64,000 nt of DNA from an uncultured Gemmatimonadaceae bacterium (GTDB lineage: Bacteria > Gemmatimonadota > Gemmatimonadetes > Gemmatimonadales > Gemmatimonadaceae): contig CAWAGQ010000012.1 in the NCBI GenBank assembly GCA_963781585.1, forward strand, positions 1-64,000, read 5' to 3'. Positions 42,684 through 53,160 of this stretch are shown one piece after another (the stretch's first letter is position 1; the number at the start of each line of letters is the position of its first letter). Under the pieces are notes generated by a model. That model did no database searches. It saw nothing but the letters and a program-made list of their open reading frames with translations, and was not told the DNA's origin. The translations under genes and the position numbers were made by a program.

Positions 42684-43334
42684 CTATGTCCCCAATACCT
42701 CCAGCGTCCCATCGTCCAACCGATGCCCCCCCTCGAACTCCACGGTCTCGAAGGCGATCCCCGCCTCGGTGAGTCGGGCGTGATTCTCCTCGAGGTTCAC
42801 CCAGCTCGCGAACTGATCGGCCGAGCCCGTGACGAGAATGAGCGGCGCGCCGGCCAGGCGGTTGCCGAGCAGCGCCAGGTCCAGGTCCGGCGGGAGCGTC
42901 CCCGCCCACGCCACGAACCGGTCAGCGCGCCCCCTGCCTAACGCGAGCCAGCGCGCCGCGGTCGCCACCCCCTGCGAGAACCCCAGCACCGTGACGCGCG
43001 CGCCGGGCGTCACGACTTCCCCGAACACCGCATCGAGAAAGTCCACGTAATCGGCGATCTCGTTCTCCCGATCCTCCTTCGTCATCCAGGTGGCCCCCAC
43101 CTCGGCGTCGGCACGCGTCCCGCTCGGTCCGACCTTGCTGTAGTAGCGGTTCAGCGCTTCGGGCGCGACCAGCAGCCGGCGCGGCCGCGCGATCCGCTGG
43201 AACTGACGGAGGAACGAGCCGGCGAGCTGGCCGAACCCGTGGATCAGGAACCAGATGTCGGCGGCGTCATCGACGGTGTCGCCCAGCGTGTAGTACCGGG
43301 CGCGGCGCGTCGTCGTCAGGCGGTGCTCCTTCAC
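42684..43334 (-). CDS. Phospholipase/carboxylesterase (alpha/beta hydrolase)
   Basis: HGFGQ, GFSQG nucleophile elbow, FEGGH. Confidence 0.88.
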   Translation of the reverse strand: MKEHRLTTTRRARYYTLGDTVDDAADIWFLIHGFGQLAGSFLRQFQRIARPRRLLVAPEALNRYYSKVGPSGTRADAEVGATWMTKEDRENEIADYVDFLDAVFGEVVTPGARVTVLGFSQGVATAARWLALGRGRADRFVAWAGTLPPDLDLALLGNRLAGAPLILVTGSADQFASWVNLEENHARLTEAGIAFETVEFEGGHRLDDGTLEVLGT

Positions 43335-43335
43335 G

Positions 43336-44130
43336 TCACGACCCCGGACTCACCAGCAGCCGCTGCCCGACCATGATCCGGTCGCGCACAGTATGATTCC
43401 AGGCACGCAGCGAGTCGACGTTGACCCCGTAGCGATCCGCGATGCCGAACAGCGTTTCGCCGGGCTGCACCAGATGATAGACAGGACGCCGCGCCGCCGC
43501 CGCCGTGGCCTCGACCGCGATGCGCTCCGCCTCCTGCGCCGTGCGAATCGCCAGGCGACGTCGATCGACGACGGCAGTCACTGAATCCAGGCGAGAGGCG
43601 TTCCGTGACGCGATGGCAAAGGCGACCGTATCCCCTCCACCGCGCACCGTGAGGCCCGGGCGCGTCTGGTGGAGAACGCGTTCCGCGCGGAGTTCGAGGG
43701 GCGCACGATATCGCCACGACCGTACTTCCAGCTCCGGAGGCTCGTCTTCGTGCGGCAGCAACCGTTCCGGCGGCACCCCAACGTAGATGAGCCGCTGATT
43801 CGTCGCCGCCACGATTCCATGGGTGACGCGGAAGTAGTTCCACCAGTGCCGCTGCATCACCGGCACCAGCGCTTCCACCTGCTCGCCGCGATCCAGCAGA
43901 AAGTCGATCTCCTGGTTGGCGATGCGCGCCGACCCTTCCGCGTCTCCGCGATGCAGGTACAGCAGGAGTCCGATCACGCCCAGCAGCGCCAGCCACACCG
44001 CAGTCCACGCCGACACGCGCACCGCCCTGACGAGTCGGCGTGGTGAAGCAGGGGTTCGTGCTCGCCGAGTGGTCAGCGGCGTAATCGGTCGTACTCGACC
44101 CGCCGACTGACCCCATTTTACGAGTCTCAC
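43336..44130 (-). CDS. Membrane-anchored LysM-domain protein
   Basis: N-terminal TM; C-terminal YHLVQPGETLFGIADRYGVNVDSLRAWN...IMVGQRL. Confidence 0.82.
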   Translation of the reverse strand: MRLVKWGQSAGRVRPITPLTTRRARTPASPRRLVRAVRVSAWTAVWLALLGVIGLLLYLHRGDAEGSARIANQEIDFLLDRGEQVEALVPVMQRHWWNYFRVTHGIVAATNQRLIYVGVPPERLLPHEDEPPELEVRSWRYRAPLELRAERVLHQTRPGLTVRGGGDTVAFAIASRNASRLDSVTAVVDRRRLAIRTAQEAERIAVEATAAAARRPVYHLVQPGETLFGIADRYGVNVDSLRAWNHTVRDRIMVGQRLLVSPGS

Positions 44131-44170
44131 CCCGTCTTGCTGCGAGCGCGCCGGCGATAGGCGTTCGCTC

Positions 44171-44677
44171 TCAGGGGCGCGGTGGGCGCCCGCGGCCTCG
44201 GCCCCGCGACGCGTCGCCCACGTGGGCCGCCAGCGAATCGAACGTGGCGCGCTGCGGCACGGTCAGCAGCGTTCTCGCCTCGGCCTGCGCCGTCTGGTTG
44301 TTGGCGCGAATGACCTGGGTAACCGGCTCCGACAGCCGCCGGAACCGCTCCAGGGCGTCGCGGTCGGCATCGGTCAGCCGCGGCCTCGGTTCGCGCGACA
44401 CGCCCACCACGTCGCGCAGCGAGTCGAGCTGCTGCATGAAGGGCTCATTGGTCCGGCGCAGTCGCCGGCGCACGTCGATGAGGGACATCTTCTGCGAATC
44501 GGTGAGCTCCAGCTCGCGCGAATGCTCGAGGAAGAAGCTGATCGGCTCCCCGTCGCTCAGGTCGAACGTGAGTCCGCGTCCCACGCCGATCGTCGGCATA
44601 TCCTGCGCGACGAGACCTGTCGGGAAGGCGGTGATGAGTGCAGCAACGAGGAGCGGAATCGACGAGCGCATGATCAA
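44171..44677 (-). CDS. Exported helical protein, Spy/CpxP-like
   Basis: Signal peptide; ELELTDSQK and LLTVPQR LTxxQ motifs. Confidence 0.6.
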   Translation of the reverse strand: MIMRSSIPLLVAALITAFPTGLVAQDMPTIGVGRGLTFDLSDGEPISFFLEHSRELELTDSQKMSLIDVRRRLRRTNEPFMQQLDSLRDVVGVSREPRPRLTDADRDALERFRRLSEPVTQVIRANNQTAQAEARTLLTVPQRATFDSLAAHVGDASRGRGRGRPPRP

Positions 44678-44792
44678 CTACGGCCTCGGACCTGATCTCA
44701 GGGCTATGACTTGTGGTATCCCACGGTGAGCGTCCGTCATACCCATGGATCGATGCGAGGTGTCACGCACGGACCCGGGCTGCTGCCGCGCA

Positions 44793-44963
44793 CTACTTGG
44801 CCCAGGTCTCCGTAGAGTGCGGTACCGTGGGATCGAGCGGCGAGCTGTGAGTGCGCCGATTGATCGTGAACGCAATGGAAAACGCGGCCACGACCAGAAA
44901 CGCGATGAACGCGGCGACGCCCCAGCCCTGGTTGAAGTTCGGTTCGATTCGACGACTGGCCAT
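44793..44963 (-). CDS. Small single-pass membrane protein (56 aa), not in the ORF track
   Basis: GAGAGG RBS; MASRRIEPNFNQGWGVAAFIAFLVVAAFSIAFTINRRTHSSPLDPTVPHSTETWAK*. Confidence 0.6.
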   Translation of the reverse strand: MASRRIEPNFNQGWGVAAFIAFLVVAAFSIAFTINRRTHSSPLDPTVPHSTETWAK

Positions 44964-45030
44964 GCGGTCCTCTCGCGACCCGGCGGCGTGCCGCCGGATG
45001 ACGGGTGTGTTCGGTCACGGGTTGTGGAAT

Positions 45031-45612
45031 CTAGTGCGGTTTCGCCCCGTCTCGCCAATCTGTCGCGCTTTCACGGAACCGGCGGCCCGCCCGCGCCAGC
45101 ATGTCCAGTATCTCGAGCACAATGGTTCGCCCGTGATCCCGCGCGTACCAGGAACGAGTTCGACGATACCGCTCGTCCCTGGGGAGGCAGAGCCCCACGG
45201 ACCGCACCCAGCGCTGCAGCTCCGCCGGCCGCGGACCCCACCAACTCCATCGGACCAATGTCTGGTCGAGCGCCATGACCACGGGAATCGATCTCGTGTC
45301 GGACGTCAGATGCACATCCATGAGATCCGGATTCGCATCACGGCCGGCAACCCGCATCTCCAGACTGAGACTCTCAGCCAGGCGTGCCACCACCGGGACC
45401 ACGTTGACGGCATCGCCACACCAGTCCTCGCTGAGCACGAGCAGGCGGCAGCCGGGGGGCCACGCCGCCGTCGCCACGCCGGGAGGGACCGAAGCCATGC
45501 GATACACCGCGCGCCAGAAGTCCTCATTCTTGCGAACCGTTTCCAGGTAGTCATGGAAAGTCGGTGCCGCCCGAAATCGCTCTTCGGAGAGGATGGCCTG
45601 GCGAGGCGGCAC
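45031..45612 (-). CDS. Thioredoxin-like protein
   Basis: LVLSEDWCGDA, RDANPDLMD, RSIPV, WGPRP. Confidence 0.85.
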   Translation of the reverse strand: MPPRQAILSEERFRAAPTFHDYLETVRKNEDFWRAVYRMASVPPGVATAAWPPGCRLLVLSEDWCGDAVNVVPVVARLAESLSLEMRVAGRDANPDLMDVHLTSDTRSIPVVMALDQTLVRWSWWGPRPAELQRWVRSVGLCLPRDERYRRTRSWYARDHGRTIVLEILDMLARAGRRFRESATDWRDGAKPH

Positions 45613-45625
45613 CGTGGTCGTTCCG

Positions 45626-46411
45626 CTACCTGGTGGAGTGTTCGCGGCGCGGCGGCAGGAAACTCATGCCGAACGTCACGGTGTTGTTCGCCTCCACAGC
45701 CAATCCGTCGCTCTTGAGGGAAAGCTGCTCGAGGAATCCCACCTCGCCGCGCCAGTCCGACGAGAAGCGCCACCCGATGGCCGCCGACGTGCGGTTCTGG
45801 TCGAAAACGTTGTTCTTCACGTTCGCCCCGAAGCTGACGAAGATCTCCTCGGACGCGGTGAGGTACGGCTGATGCACGGCGACCGTCGTTCCATGCCAAG
45901 GAAGCGTCGCCCGGATCTGGTACCGGGCACGCGACGTCCGCACCCAGTGGTCGATGTGGTGATCGGTGGTATCGACCCCGCGCCGTCCCTGCCAGCGCTG
46001 TTCCAGGCGATAGCGGTGGACCAGCGCCACCCGGCCGACCGTCTGCAGCAGCAGGACCTGCTGCCACGTCCGCCGTTCCGGATACGCGTAGGCAACGGGC
46101 AGCTTACCGTATGGCCACGACTCGGCGAGGTTGGCGCCGGCGGCAACGCGAAGGGCCGAGGAGATCTCATATGAAAGGCCGCCGCGCACGAACGCGGCCT
46201 GCCACTGGTCGAGGGGTCCGGAGCGCCGCACCGACGCATCGAACAGGGAGCCCCACCGCGCACCGAAGGGCAGCTCGCCCGACACTGTGTACCAGCTGTT
46301 CCAGTTCGACAAGGTGTGGCGCTGTCCCTCGGCGGGGCGAGCGGCGAGTGAGAGCGATACGGCGGCGAGAACCCAGTGGCGCGCGCTGCGGACGCGTATC
46401 GAGAAGTGCAC
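45626..46411 (-). CDS. DUF2490-type outer-membrane protein
   Basis: ERRTWQQ, HRYRLEQRW, RARYQ, EEIFVSFG...FDQNR; start approximate. Confidence 0.75.
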   Translation of the reverse strand: MHFSIRVRSARHWVLAAVSLSLAARPAEGQRHTLSNWNSWYTVSGELPFGARWGSLFDASVRRSGPLDQWQAAFVRGGLSYEISSALRVAAGANLAESWPYGKLPVAYAYPERRTWQQVLLLQTVGRVALVHRYRLEQRWQGRRGVDTTDHHIDHWVRTSRARYQIRATLPWHGTTVAVHQPYLTASEEIFVSFGANVKNNVFDQNRTSAAIGWRFSSDWRGEVGFLEQLSLKSDGLAVEANNTVTFGMSFLPPRREHSTR

Positions 46412-46542
46412 GGAATTCGAAAGAAGGATGAGACCACACGTACCGGAAGTCCGACGATGGATCCACGGGAGACCAGACTGGGTCCAGAAGCCACGGGCCA
46501 GAAGTCCGGAGGCGAGAGTGCGGCCTCGGGGCTCGCCCGCGC

Positions 46543-47031
46543 TCAGCTCCTCACCAGCTTCACGGCCGCGATCACCACGATGATCGCCGCCAGCGCGCCG
46601 GCCCGCGCCGAGAGGACGAGCCACCGCCTGCGTCGCGGCCAATCCGGGGACGACTCAAGCGCCCGCACCCGGCCGGGCGACAACGCGACGTCGTGCACCG
46701 CGGAAAGTACGATCATGACCGCCACCGCGCTGAGCTTCCACGCGAAGGCGGTGCCGGCCGGGGTGGCCCAGAACGCGCGCCGTCCCAGCACCTGCCACGT
46801 GAGCCACCCGCGCAGGGACAGCATCCACGTCCCGGTCGCCAGCAGCAGCCCGACGGCGCCCCAGCCCAGATACCGGAAGCGCAGTCCCAGCGCCTCGAAG
46901 AGCTCCGCTCGAAGGGATTCCGGCTCCACGCGTCGCAACACCGGTGCACCAGCGACCGAGAGGAAGATCATTCCGCCGATCCAGGTCATGGCGGACAGCA
47001 CGTGAATGGTGACAAGTATCAGGTAGGTCAC
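46543..47031 (-). CDS. CopD/DUF4149-like membrane protein
   Basis: HVLSAMTWIGGMIF, LLATG, KLSAV...HD. Confidence 0.7.
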   Translation of the reverse strand: MTYLILVTIHVLSAMTWIGGMIFLSVAGAPVLRRVEPESLRAELFEALGLRFRYLGWGAVGLLLATGTWMLSLRGWLTWQVLGRRAFWATPAGTAFAWKLSAVAVMIVLSAVHDVALSPGRVRALESSPDWPRRRRWLVLSARAGALAAIIVVIAAVKLVRS

Positions 47032-47221
47032 CGGGGGACGAGCCCCGCGCCGAGGGCCACAGGCCAAAGGCCAAAGGCCACGGGCCATAGGGCAGTCATG
47101 AGCGGTACGCCCTGACCTGTGAGCTATGAACCGCTGGTCTGTCCCTCATATCTTGGAGCACCTCGACCGCATTCTTCCGTAGCGGAGCTGCAATCTAGCC
47201 CCAACGCAAACCCACGCGATC

Positions 47222-48037
47222 ATGGCGATCATGCTCCTCAAACCAGTGACGTCCGAGACTCCGCTCGGCCTCTCCGACCGGGCAGCCAGACCACCGCGGG
47301 GATTAACGCGCGGTGCGGAACTCAAGGCGGCAACGGCGGCGGAGGTCGAGAAGCTGGGCAAGCTGCAGAACGCCCTGTTCGCCGACAAGCGGTTCGCGCT
47401 GCTGATTGTGCTGCAAGGCCGTGACGCCGCCGGCAAGGACGGCACCATCAAGCACGTGTTCGACGGCTGCAACCCGATGGGGTGCCGGGTGACCAGCTTC
47501 GGTGTGCCGACTGACTTGGAGCTCAAACACGACTACCTCTGGCGGGTGCACGATGCCGTTCCTCCTCGCGGATACATCGGCATCTTCAACCGCTCCCACT
47601 ACGAGGACGTGCTGGTGGTTCGGGTCCATCGCCTTGCGCCGCGCGCGGTCTGGCGTGAGCGTTACGCGCAGATCAACGATTTCGAGCGCATGCTCACGCG
47701 CAACGGCGTGATCATTCTCAAGTTCTACCTGCACGTGTCGCGCGACGAACAGCGCGAGCGTCTCGACGAGCGTCTCCGGGACCCGGAGAAGAACTGGAAA
47801 TTCCGGGTTGGCGATCTGGACGATCGACGCGCGTGGAACGACTACACGCGGGCGTACCGCGACGCGCTGCGCAAGTGCAGCACTCCGTGGGCGCCATGGT
47901 TCGTGGTGCCGGCCGACAGCAAGCCGGTGCGGAACCACCTCGTGACGGCGACGATCAATCGCGCGCTGCACCGGCTGCACCTCCGATATCCGCGCGCCGC
48001 GAAGGAGGTGCTGGCGCTGAAGGGAAAGATCCGCTGA
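47222..48037 (+). CDS. ppk2: Polyphosphate kinase 2 family
   Basis: LQGRDAAGKDG, HDYLWR, FNRSHYEDVL, EKNWKF, APWFVVPAD. Confidence 0.92.
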   Translation: MAIMLLKPVTSETPLGLSDRAARPPRGLTRGAELKAATAAEVEKLGKLQNALFADKRFALLIVLQGRDAAGKDGTIKHVFDGCNPMGCRVTSFGVPTDLELKHDYLWRVHDAVPPRGYIGIFNRSHYEDVLVVRVHRLAPRAVWRERYAQINDFERMLTRNGVIILKFYLHVSRDEQRERLDERLRDPEKNWKFRVGDLDDRRAWNDYTRAYRDALRKCSTPWAPWFVVPADSKPVRNHLVTATINRALHRLHLRYPRAAKEVLALKGKIR

Positions 48038-48096
48038 GGTTCAGGCCACCCGGCGAGCGCCGCGCGGCCAGTCATCCCCACCGCTCGCCAACGTCG

Positions 48097-50566
48097 CTAT
48101 TCGAAGCGCAGCGCCACGATCGGGTCCACCCTGAGTCGCGCGTCTGGCCGGGAAATAGCTGGCGAGCGCCGCCACCACTGCGAGAAAGATGGCGACGCCG
48201 GCAAAGCTCATCGGATCGGTGGGCGACACGCCGATGAGCAGGCTCTTCACCACGCGCGTGACACCGAACGCACCGACGATGCCGAGGGCGATGCCGATCG
48301 CCGGCCAGGGTCATGCCCTGTCGGACGACCATGTTGATCACGTGACGCCGCTGGGCGCCGAGCGCCACGCGGACGCCGATCTCCTGCGTGCGCTGCGACA
48401 CGCCGTAGGAGATGACGCCGTACACGCCCACGGCCGCCAGCACCAGCGCGATGCCGCCGAACGTCGAGAACATCATCCCGAACAACCCGTACTCCCAGAT
48501 GCTGAGCGAACGCACCTTGTCCTCGGTGAGCACCCTGGACACTGGAATGGCCGGGATCGGCAGCCCGGATCTGATCCCGCACCGAGCGCGTGATGGCTGA
48601 CCGGGTCGCCCGATCGCACGCCGCACCATGAGGCCGTTGTTGCGCCCCACCTGGAAGACGGTAGGGGGAGATAGGCGGTGGCCGGGATGGTCCCCTCGCT
48701 CGTCGAGCGGGAGTAACGCGGATGTCGGGGGCACGACTCCGATCACCGGAATACCACGTCCGCGACGAATCGCTGGCCATCCGGAAGCGACGGCCGATGG
48801 GATTCTCGTTCAGGCCACATCGCCCGCACCATGCTGTTGCTCACGACCGCCACCGGCGACGCTGTCGCTCTGCTCGGCGTCGGAGAACGGCGCGACCGGC
48901 CAGGAGGTGCACGCCGAGCGTTTCGAACCAGCCGTTGGCGACACGGCTGCCCAGGAGAGGCCCGGCGCGCGCTCGTCGGGCCCCAGCTCCCGCCCGTCGA
49001 TCACGTATCCGTCGCCGGACAGCCCGCCGCCCAGCGGAATCAGGGTCGAAACAGTCGGCCGCCTCCGCGCCGGGAAGCGCCTGCACGCGACGCAGGACGT
49101 CCTCCACGCGCTGGCGGCGGACCGCGGCGCTGTCGTACGTGTGTCCGGCGAGATAGAACCGCATCGTCATGATCCGCGACGTGATCGAAGCCGAGCTGGG
49201 TTCGCTGCATCAGCGCGAAGCTGCGCACGAAGAGCGACGCGCCGATCAGCAGCACCAGCGCCAGGGCGATCTCGACCACCACCAGCGCGCTGCGCAGCCG
49301 GTTCTTGCGCACGCCGGCCCCCGTGCCGCGCCCGCCCTCCTTGAGCGCTTCGTGCAAATCGCCCGCGCGCCGCCTGGAGCGCCGGGGCCAGCCCGAACAG
49401 CAAACCGGCCAGCACCGACACCCCCAGCCGTGTACAGCAGGGTCGGTCGTGTCGAGCGACCAGTGCATGTACGTATGGTATCGGGTCCTCGGGCGGTATC
49501 CCCAGTGCGACCAGCTCGAAGCCCGGCCCACGTGAGCGGAACGCGCGACGACCCCCGCCGCCAACTGCCACCAGCACCGACTCCGTGAGCAGCTGCCTGA
49601 CGATCCGTCCGCGCCCGGCACCGATCGCGGCGCGAACGGCGATCTCGCGCTCGCCGCGCCGTGGCCCGGGTCAGAAGAAGATTCGCAACGTTGGCGCACG
49701 CGATGAGCAGCACGAAGACCACCGCCCCGTACATCGCAGTGACGATGGTCCGCACCTCGGGATCGATGAACCGGTCGCTGAGCTGACGTGACGTTGCCCA
49801 CCAGATTGTCCTCGCGCAGGCCGTACTGCGCGCTTCACGCGCTGAGATACCGCGGCGACGTCGCGATCGGCCTGCGGCCACGGTCATCCCTGGCGCCAGG
49901 CGCCCGTAAGCCTCCGTCGTGCGTCCACTCGCGGTCCTCGGCGCTCGCGATTGGCGCGAGCGGGAATCCACAGATCGGCGTCCTCCGGGAACTTGAAGCG
50001 CGGCGGCATGACACCGACCACCGTGTACGGATTGTCGTTCACCGAGATGACGCGGCCCACGACCGCCGCTGTCGCCGGCATATCGCCGATGCCAGACCTC
50101 GTCGCTCAACAGGATCACCCCCGGCGCGTCCCGGCTTGTCCTCATCGGGCCGGAACAGCCGGCCGATCTGCGGCCGGATGCCCAGCATCGGGAAAGAGGT
50201 TCGCCGTCACTGCGCCTCGCCGTTCAGCCGCTCCGGCTCCTCGCCCTCGGTGATCGAGAGGCTCCGGCCCGACGCCGCCCCCATGTCGGACGAGTGTGCG
50301 TGTCTGCGCCCTCCAGTCGAGATAGTTGAGGTAGGAGATCGACTGTCCAGCCGCCGGCTCGTTCGGATTCCGCTCGCGCAGGTAGACCACAGCGCGATCG
50401 GGTCGGTGAACGGCAGCGGGCGGAGCAGGATCGCGTTGAGGATCGAGAAGAGCGTGGTATTGGTGGCGATCCCCAGGGCCAGACACACGACCGCGATTGC
50501 CGTGAATGCCGGGCTCTTGCGCAGCGTGCGCGCGGCAAAGCGGAGGTCCTGAAGGAGTCGTTCCAT
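48097..50566 (-). CDS. Duplicated MacB-like ABC permease (ADOP-type); frameshifted
   Basis: [64 protein letters not shown]. Confidence 0.82.
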
Positions 50567-50681
50567 GCGAATAGGCCGAAGGTCAGAGGCCATAGGCCAT
50601 GGGCCATGGGCCATACCCGCCAGTTCATCACGACAGCCGGGGCCCTACGAAGGGACGGCGAGGCCGGATTCACCGAGGAGC

Positions 50682-50743
50682 TGGAAAATGGGGTCAGAGT
50701 CGACTTTCGGAGGCGAAAAATTCGACTCTGACCCCATTTTCCA
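50682..50743. repeat. Perfect 22-bp inverted repeat with 18-bp spacer (REP-like)
   Basis: TGGAAAATGGGGTCAGAGTCGA (50682-50703) / TCGACTCTGACCCCATTTTCCA (50722-50743). Confidence 0.92.
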
Positions 50744-50867
50744 ACTGAGCGACAAGTGTAGTAAACCCTCCGCGTTCCGAGCGCGACTAACCCTCCGGAT
50801 TCGCTCTCTAACCGCTGCCGATCGGCCGGTGCAGCCGGCCGATGCCCTTCCCTCCGGAGATTCCGCA

Positions 50868-52055
50868 ATGCCGTGGCTCTCCCGTCTCCCGTCGCTGATG
50901 TTTGCCCTCCTTCTCGCCGCCCCGCTGCCGGCGCTGGCCCAGAACGTCCCCGTGAAGACGCTCACCAAACCCGACGCCGAATACAGCGAGCCCTTTACCC
51001 AGATCACCGGGCTGCGCGAATTGCGGGACGGCCGGGTGGTGGTCGCCGACCTCCGCGACAAGGTGGTCGAGGCGGTGGACTTCAAGGCCGGGAGCGCGGT
51101 CAAGATCGGGCGCGAAGGATCGGGGCCGGGCGAGTACGCCCTGCCGAGGTCGGTGTTCCCGCTGCCCGGGGACTCGTCGGTGGTGGCGGATGCGCTCAAC
51201 CGGCGCCTTCTGGTGGTCCTGCCTGACGCGAAACCCGGTGGTTTCATCGGACTCAATTCCGGTGGGGGCGGCAGGGGAGGCATGATCATCAGCGGTTCGT
51301 CGGTCGCGGCGATCGACGCCCGCGGGCGATTCTACTCGCAGGGCCCGCCGATCCGGATGGTCAATGGCGCGCCGCAGACCTCCGACTCCACTCCCATCGA
51401 GCGCTGGGATCGCGCCACGAACAAACGCGACACGCTGGCCTGGCTCCAGACGCCGAAGGGATCGGCGCAGGTGAGCGGCAGCAAGGGCAACATGTCGGTC
51501 CGGATTGGTGCCGCGAACCCGTTCTCGCCCCAGGACCAGTGGGCGGTGGCCCCCGACGGACGCGTGGCGGTCGTCCACGCCGATGACTACTACGTCGACT
51601 GGGTGGACGCGGCTGGACACCGAACCTCCGCGCCGCCGATCCGGTTCGACCGCCTCAAGGTCACCGAAGGCCACAAGCAGGAGTGGCGTGACGGCATGAA
51701 GTCGGCCACCGGCATCATGGTGACCAACAACAACGGGAAGCAGTCGGCGCAGGCCGTTCCGATGCGGAACGTCCAGGATCCCCCGGACTGGCCGGAGTAC
51801 ATGCCTCCGTTCCTCACGAACGCAGTGTCGTTTGCGAACGACGGCACCCTCTGGGTCAAGCGGACGACGGTGGCCGGCGCCCCGCCGACCTACGACCTGA
51901 TCGACGGCGCGGGCAGGGTGACCCAGCACGTCGTGTTCCCGAAACGCACCAAGTTGGTGGGATTCGGGAATGGCACGGTCTATCTCGTGCGGCTCGACGA
52001 GGACGACCTGGAGTACCTGCAGCGCTACCGTTTCACGCCGGCGGAACGACCGTAG
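50868..52055 (+). CDS. Exported 6-bladed beta-propeller protein
   Basis: Signal peptide; IGREGSGPGEY, WAVAPDGRV, DGTLWV, DEDDLEYLQRY. Confidence 0.75.
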   Translation: MPWLSRLPSLMFALLLAAPLPALAQNVPVKTLTKPDAEYSEPFTQITGLRELRDGRVVVADLRDKVVEAVDFKAGSAVKIGREGSGPGEYALPRSVFPLPGDSSVVADALNRRLLVVLPDAKPGGFIGLNSGGGGRGGMIISGSSVAAIDARGRFYSQGPPIRMVNGAPQTSDSTPIERWDRATNKRDTLAWLQTPKGSAQVSGSKGNMSVRIGAANPFSPQDQWAVAPDGRVAVVHADDYYVDWVDAAGHRTSAPPIRFDRLKVTEGHKQEWRDGMKSATGIMVTNNNGKQSAQAVPMRNVQDPPDWPEYMPPFLTNAVSFANDGTLWVKRTTVAGAPPTYDLIDGAGRVTQHVVFPKRTKLVGFGNGTVYLVRLDEDDLEYLQRYRFTPAERP

Positions 52056-52071
52056 AACCGGAGGGGCGCGC

Positions 52072-53147
52072 TTACGGCGCTCCGTGCTTCAACCAGATCA
52101 CCACGGCGCGAGCGATGTCATCCATCGGCACGCGCTGTGAGCTCGCCCCCGCACCAAGGCCGACGTTATATCCGCTCGAACCACGCGATACGGCGTGCTG
52201 GGGACGGCCACCATTGCCGCACACGCCGCCGCGCGGCCAGCGTTTCGCGAGGGTGTTGGTGAAGTCGGCGCGCAGACCGTACACTTCCACCGCCTCGACC
52301 TCCTCGGCGGTGAAGTCATCCAGCACGGTCAGCGGTCGCGGCAGGCCATCGACATAGACGCACGTGATGGCGTCGTCGATCACGAGGCCGCTGAGCATGA
52401 ATGCGGGGGAGTAACGCAGCGCCGTCGCCAGTCCCGCCTTCAGGTGACCGGCCAGCTCCTGGCGCGGTATGACGGCCGCGCGTGACTTCACCCCCCACTG
52501 CATCCGCTCGTCGAATTCGCGGAGCGGCATCTCCAGGGCCTTGTCGCGGCTCTTCCCCGAGTCCAGCGCCACCGCCAGCTCGATGCCTCCGTCGCGCGGC
52601 ACCACGACCGAGAGCATGCGGCTCACATAACCGTTACGCTTCGTGCGCACCACGTAGGCGCCGGCCGGGACCGTTGGGAAGTTGAAGTCCCCGGACGGGC
52701 CGGTCCTGGCCGTCACCCGGGCCCCGATCACATCGACTGCGGCGCCACCCAGCGGCTGGAGCCCCGGATGCTGGATCACCTTGCCGAAGATCCCGGTGCG
52801 CGAGGCGCGCACGGGAATGGTGTCGAGCCGCACGACCAGCTGGCGCATGACCACCGTGACATCGAGCCCTTCCGCGGGCACGTCGATGGTCCGTTCGTCC
52901 GGCTGGAAACCTAACGATAAAACGAGGAGCGTGTGTTGTCCGCGCGAGACACGGGTGAACCGGAAGCGGCCGCCGCTGTCGGCGCGCGTCCGCCGGGACG
53001 ACGCGTCGCGGTCCAGCACCACCACGCATTCTGGAGCGCGCCCCCGGCCTCGTCGCGTACCGTTCCCGACACGACGCCGGGCGACTGCGCCCCGAGCGCG
53101 GCACCGGCCAGTATCACGGCGGTGCAGGCGATCGCGACTGGGCGCAC
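52072..53147 (-). CDS. Exported protein with carboxypeptidase regulatory-like domains and a plug-like C-terminus; one frameshift near the start
   Basis: VSGTVRDEAG, TRADSGGRFRF, LGFQP, EEVEAVEVY, AVVIWLK. Confidence 0.65.
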
Positions 53148-53160
53148 GGCGCGCCCGATT

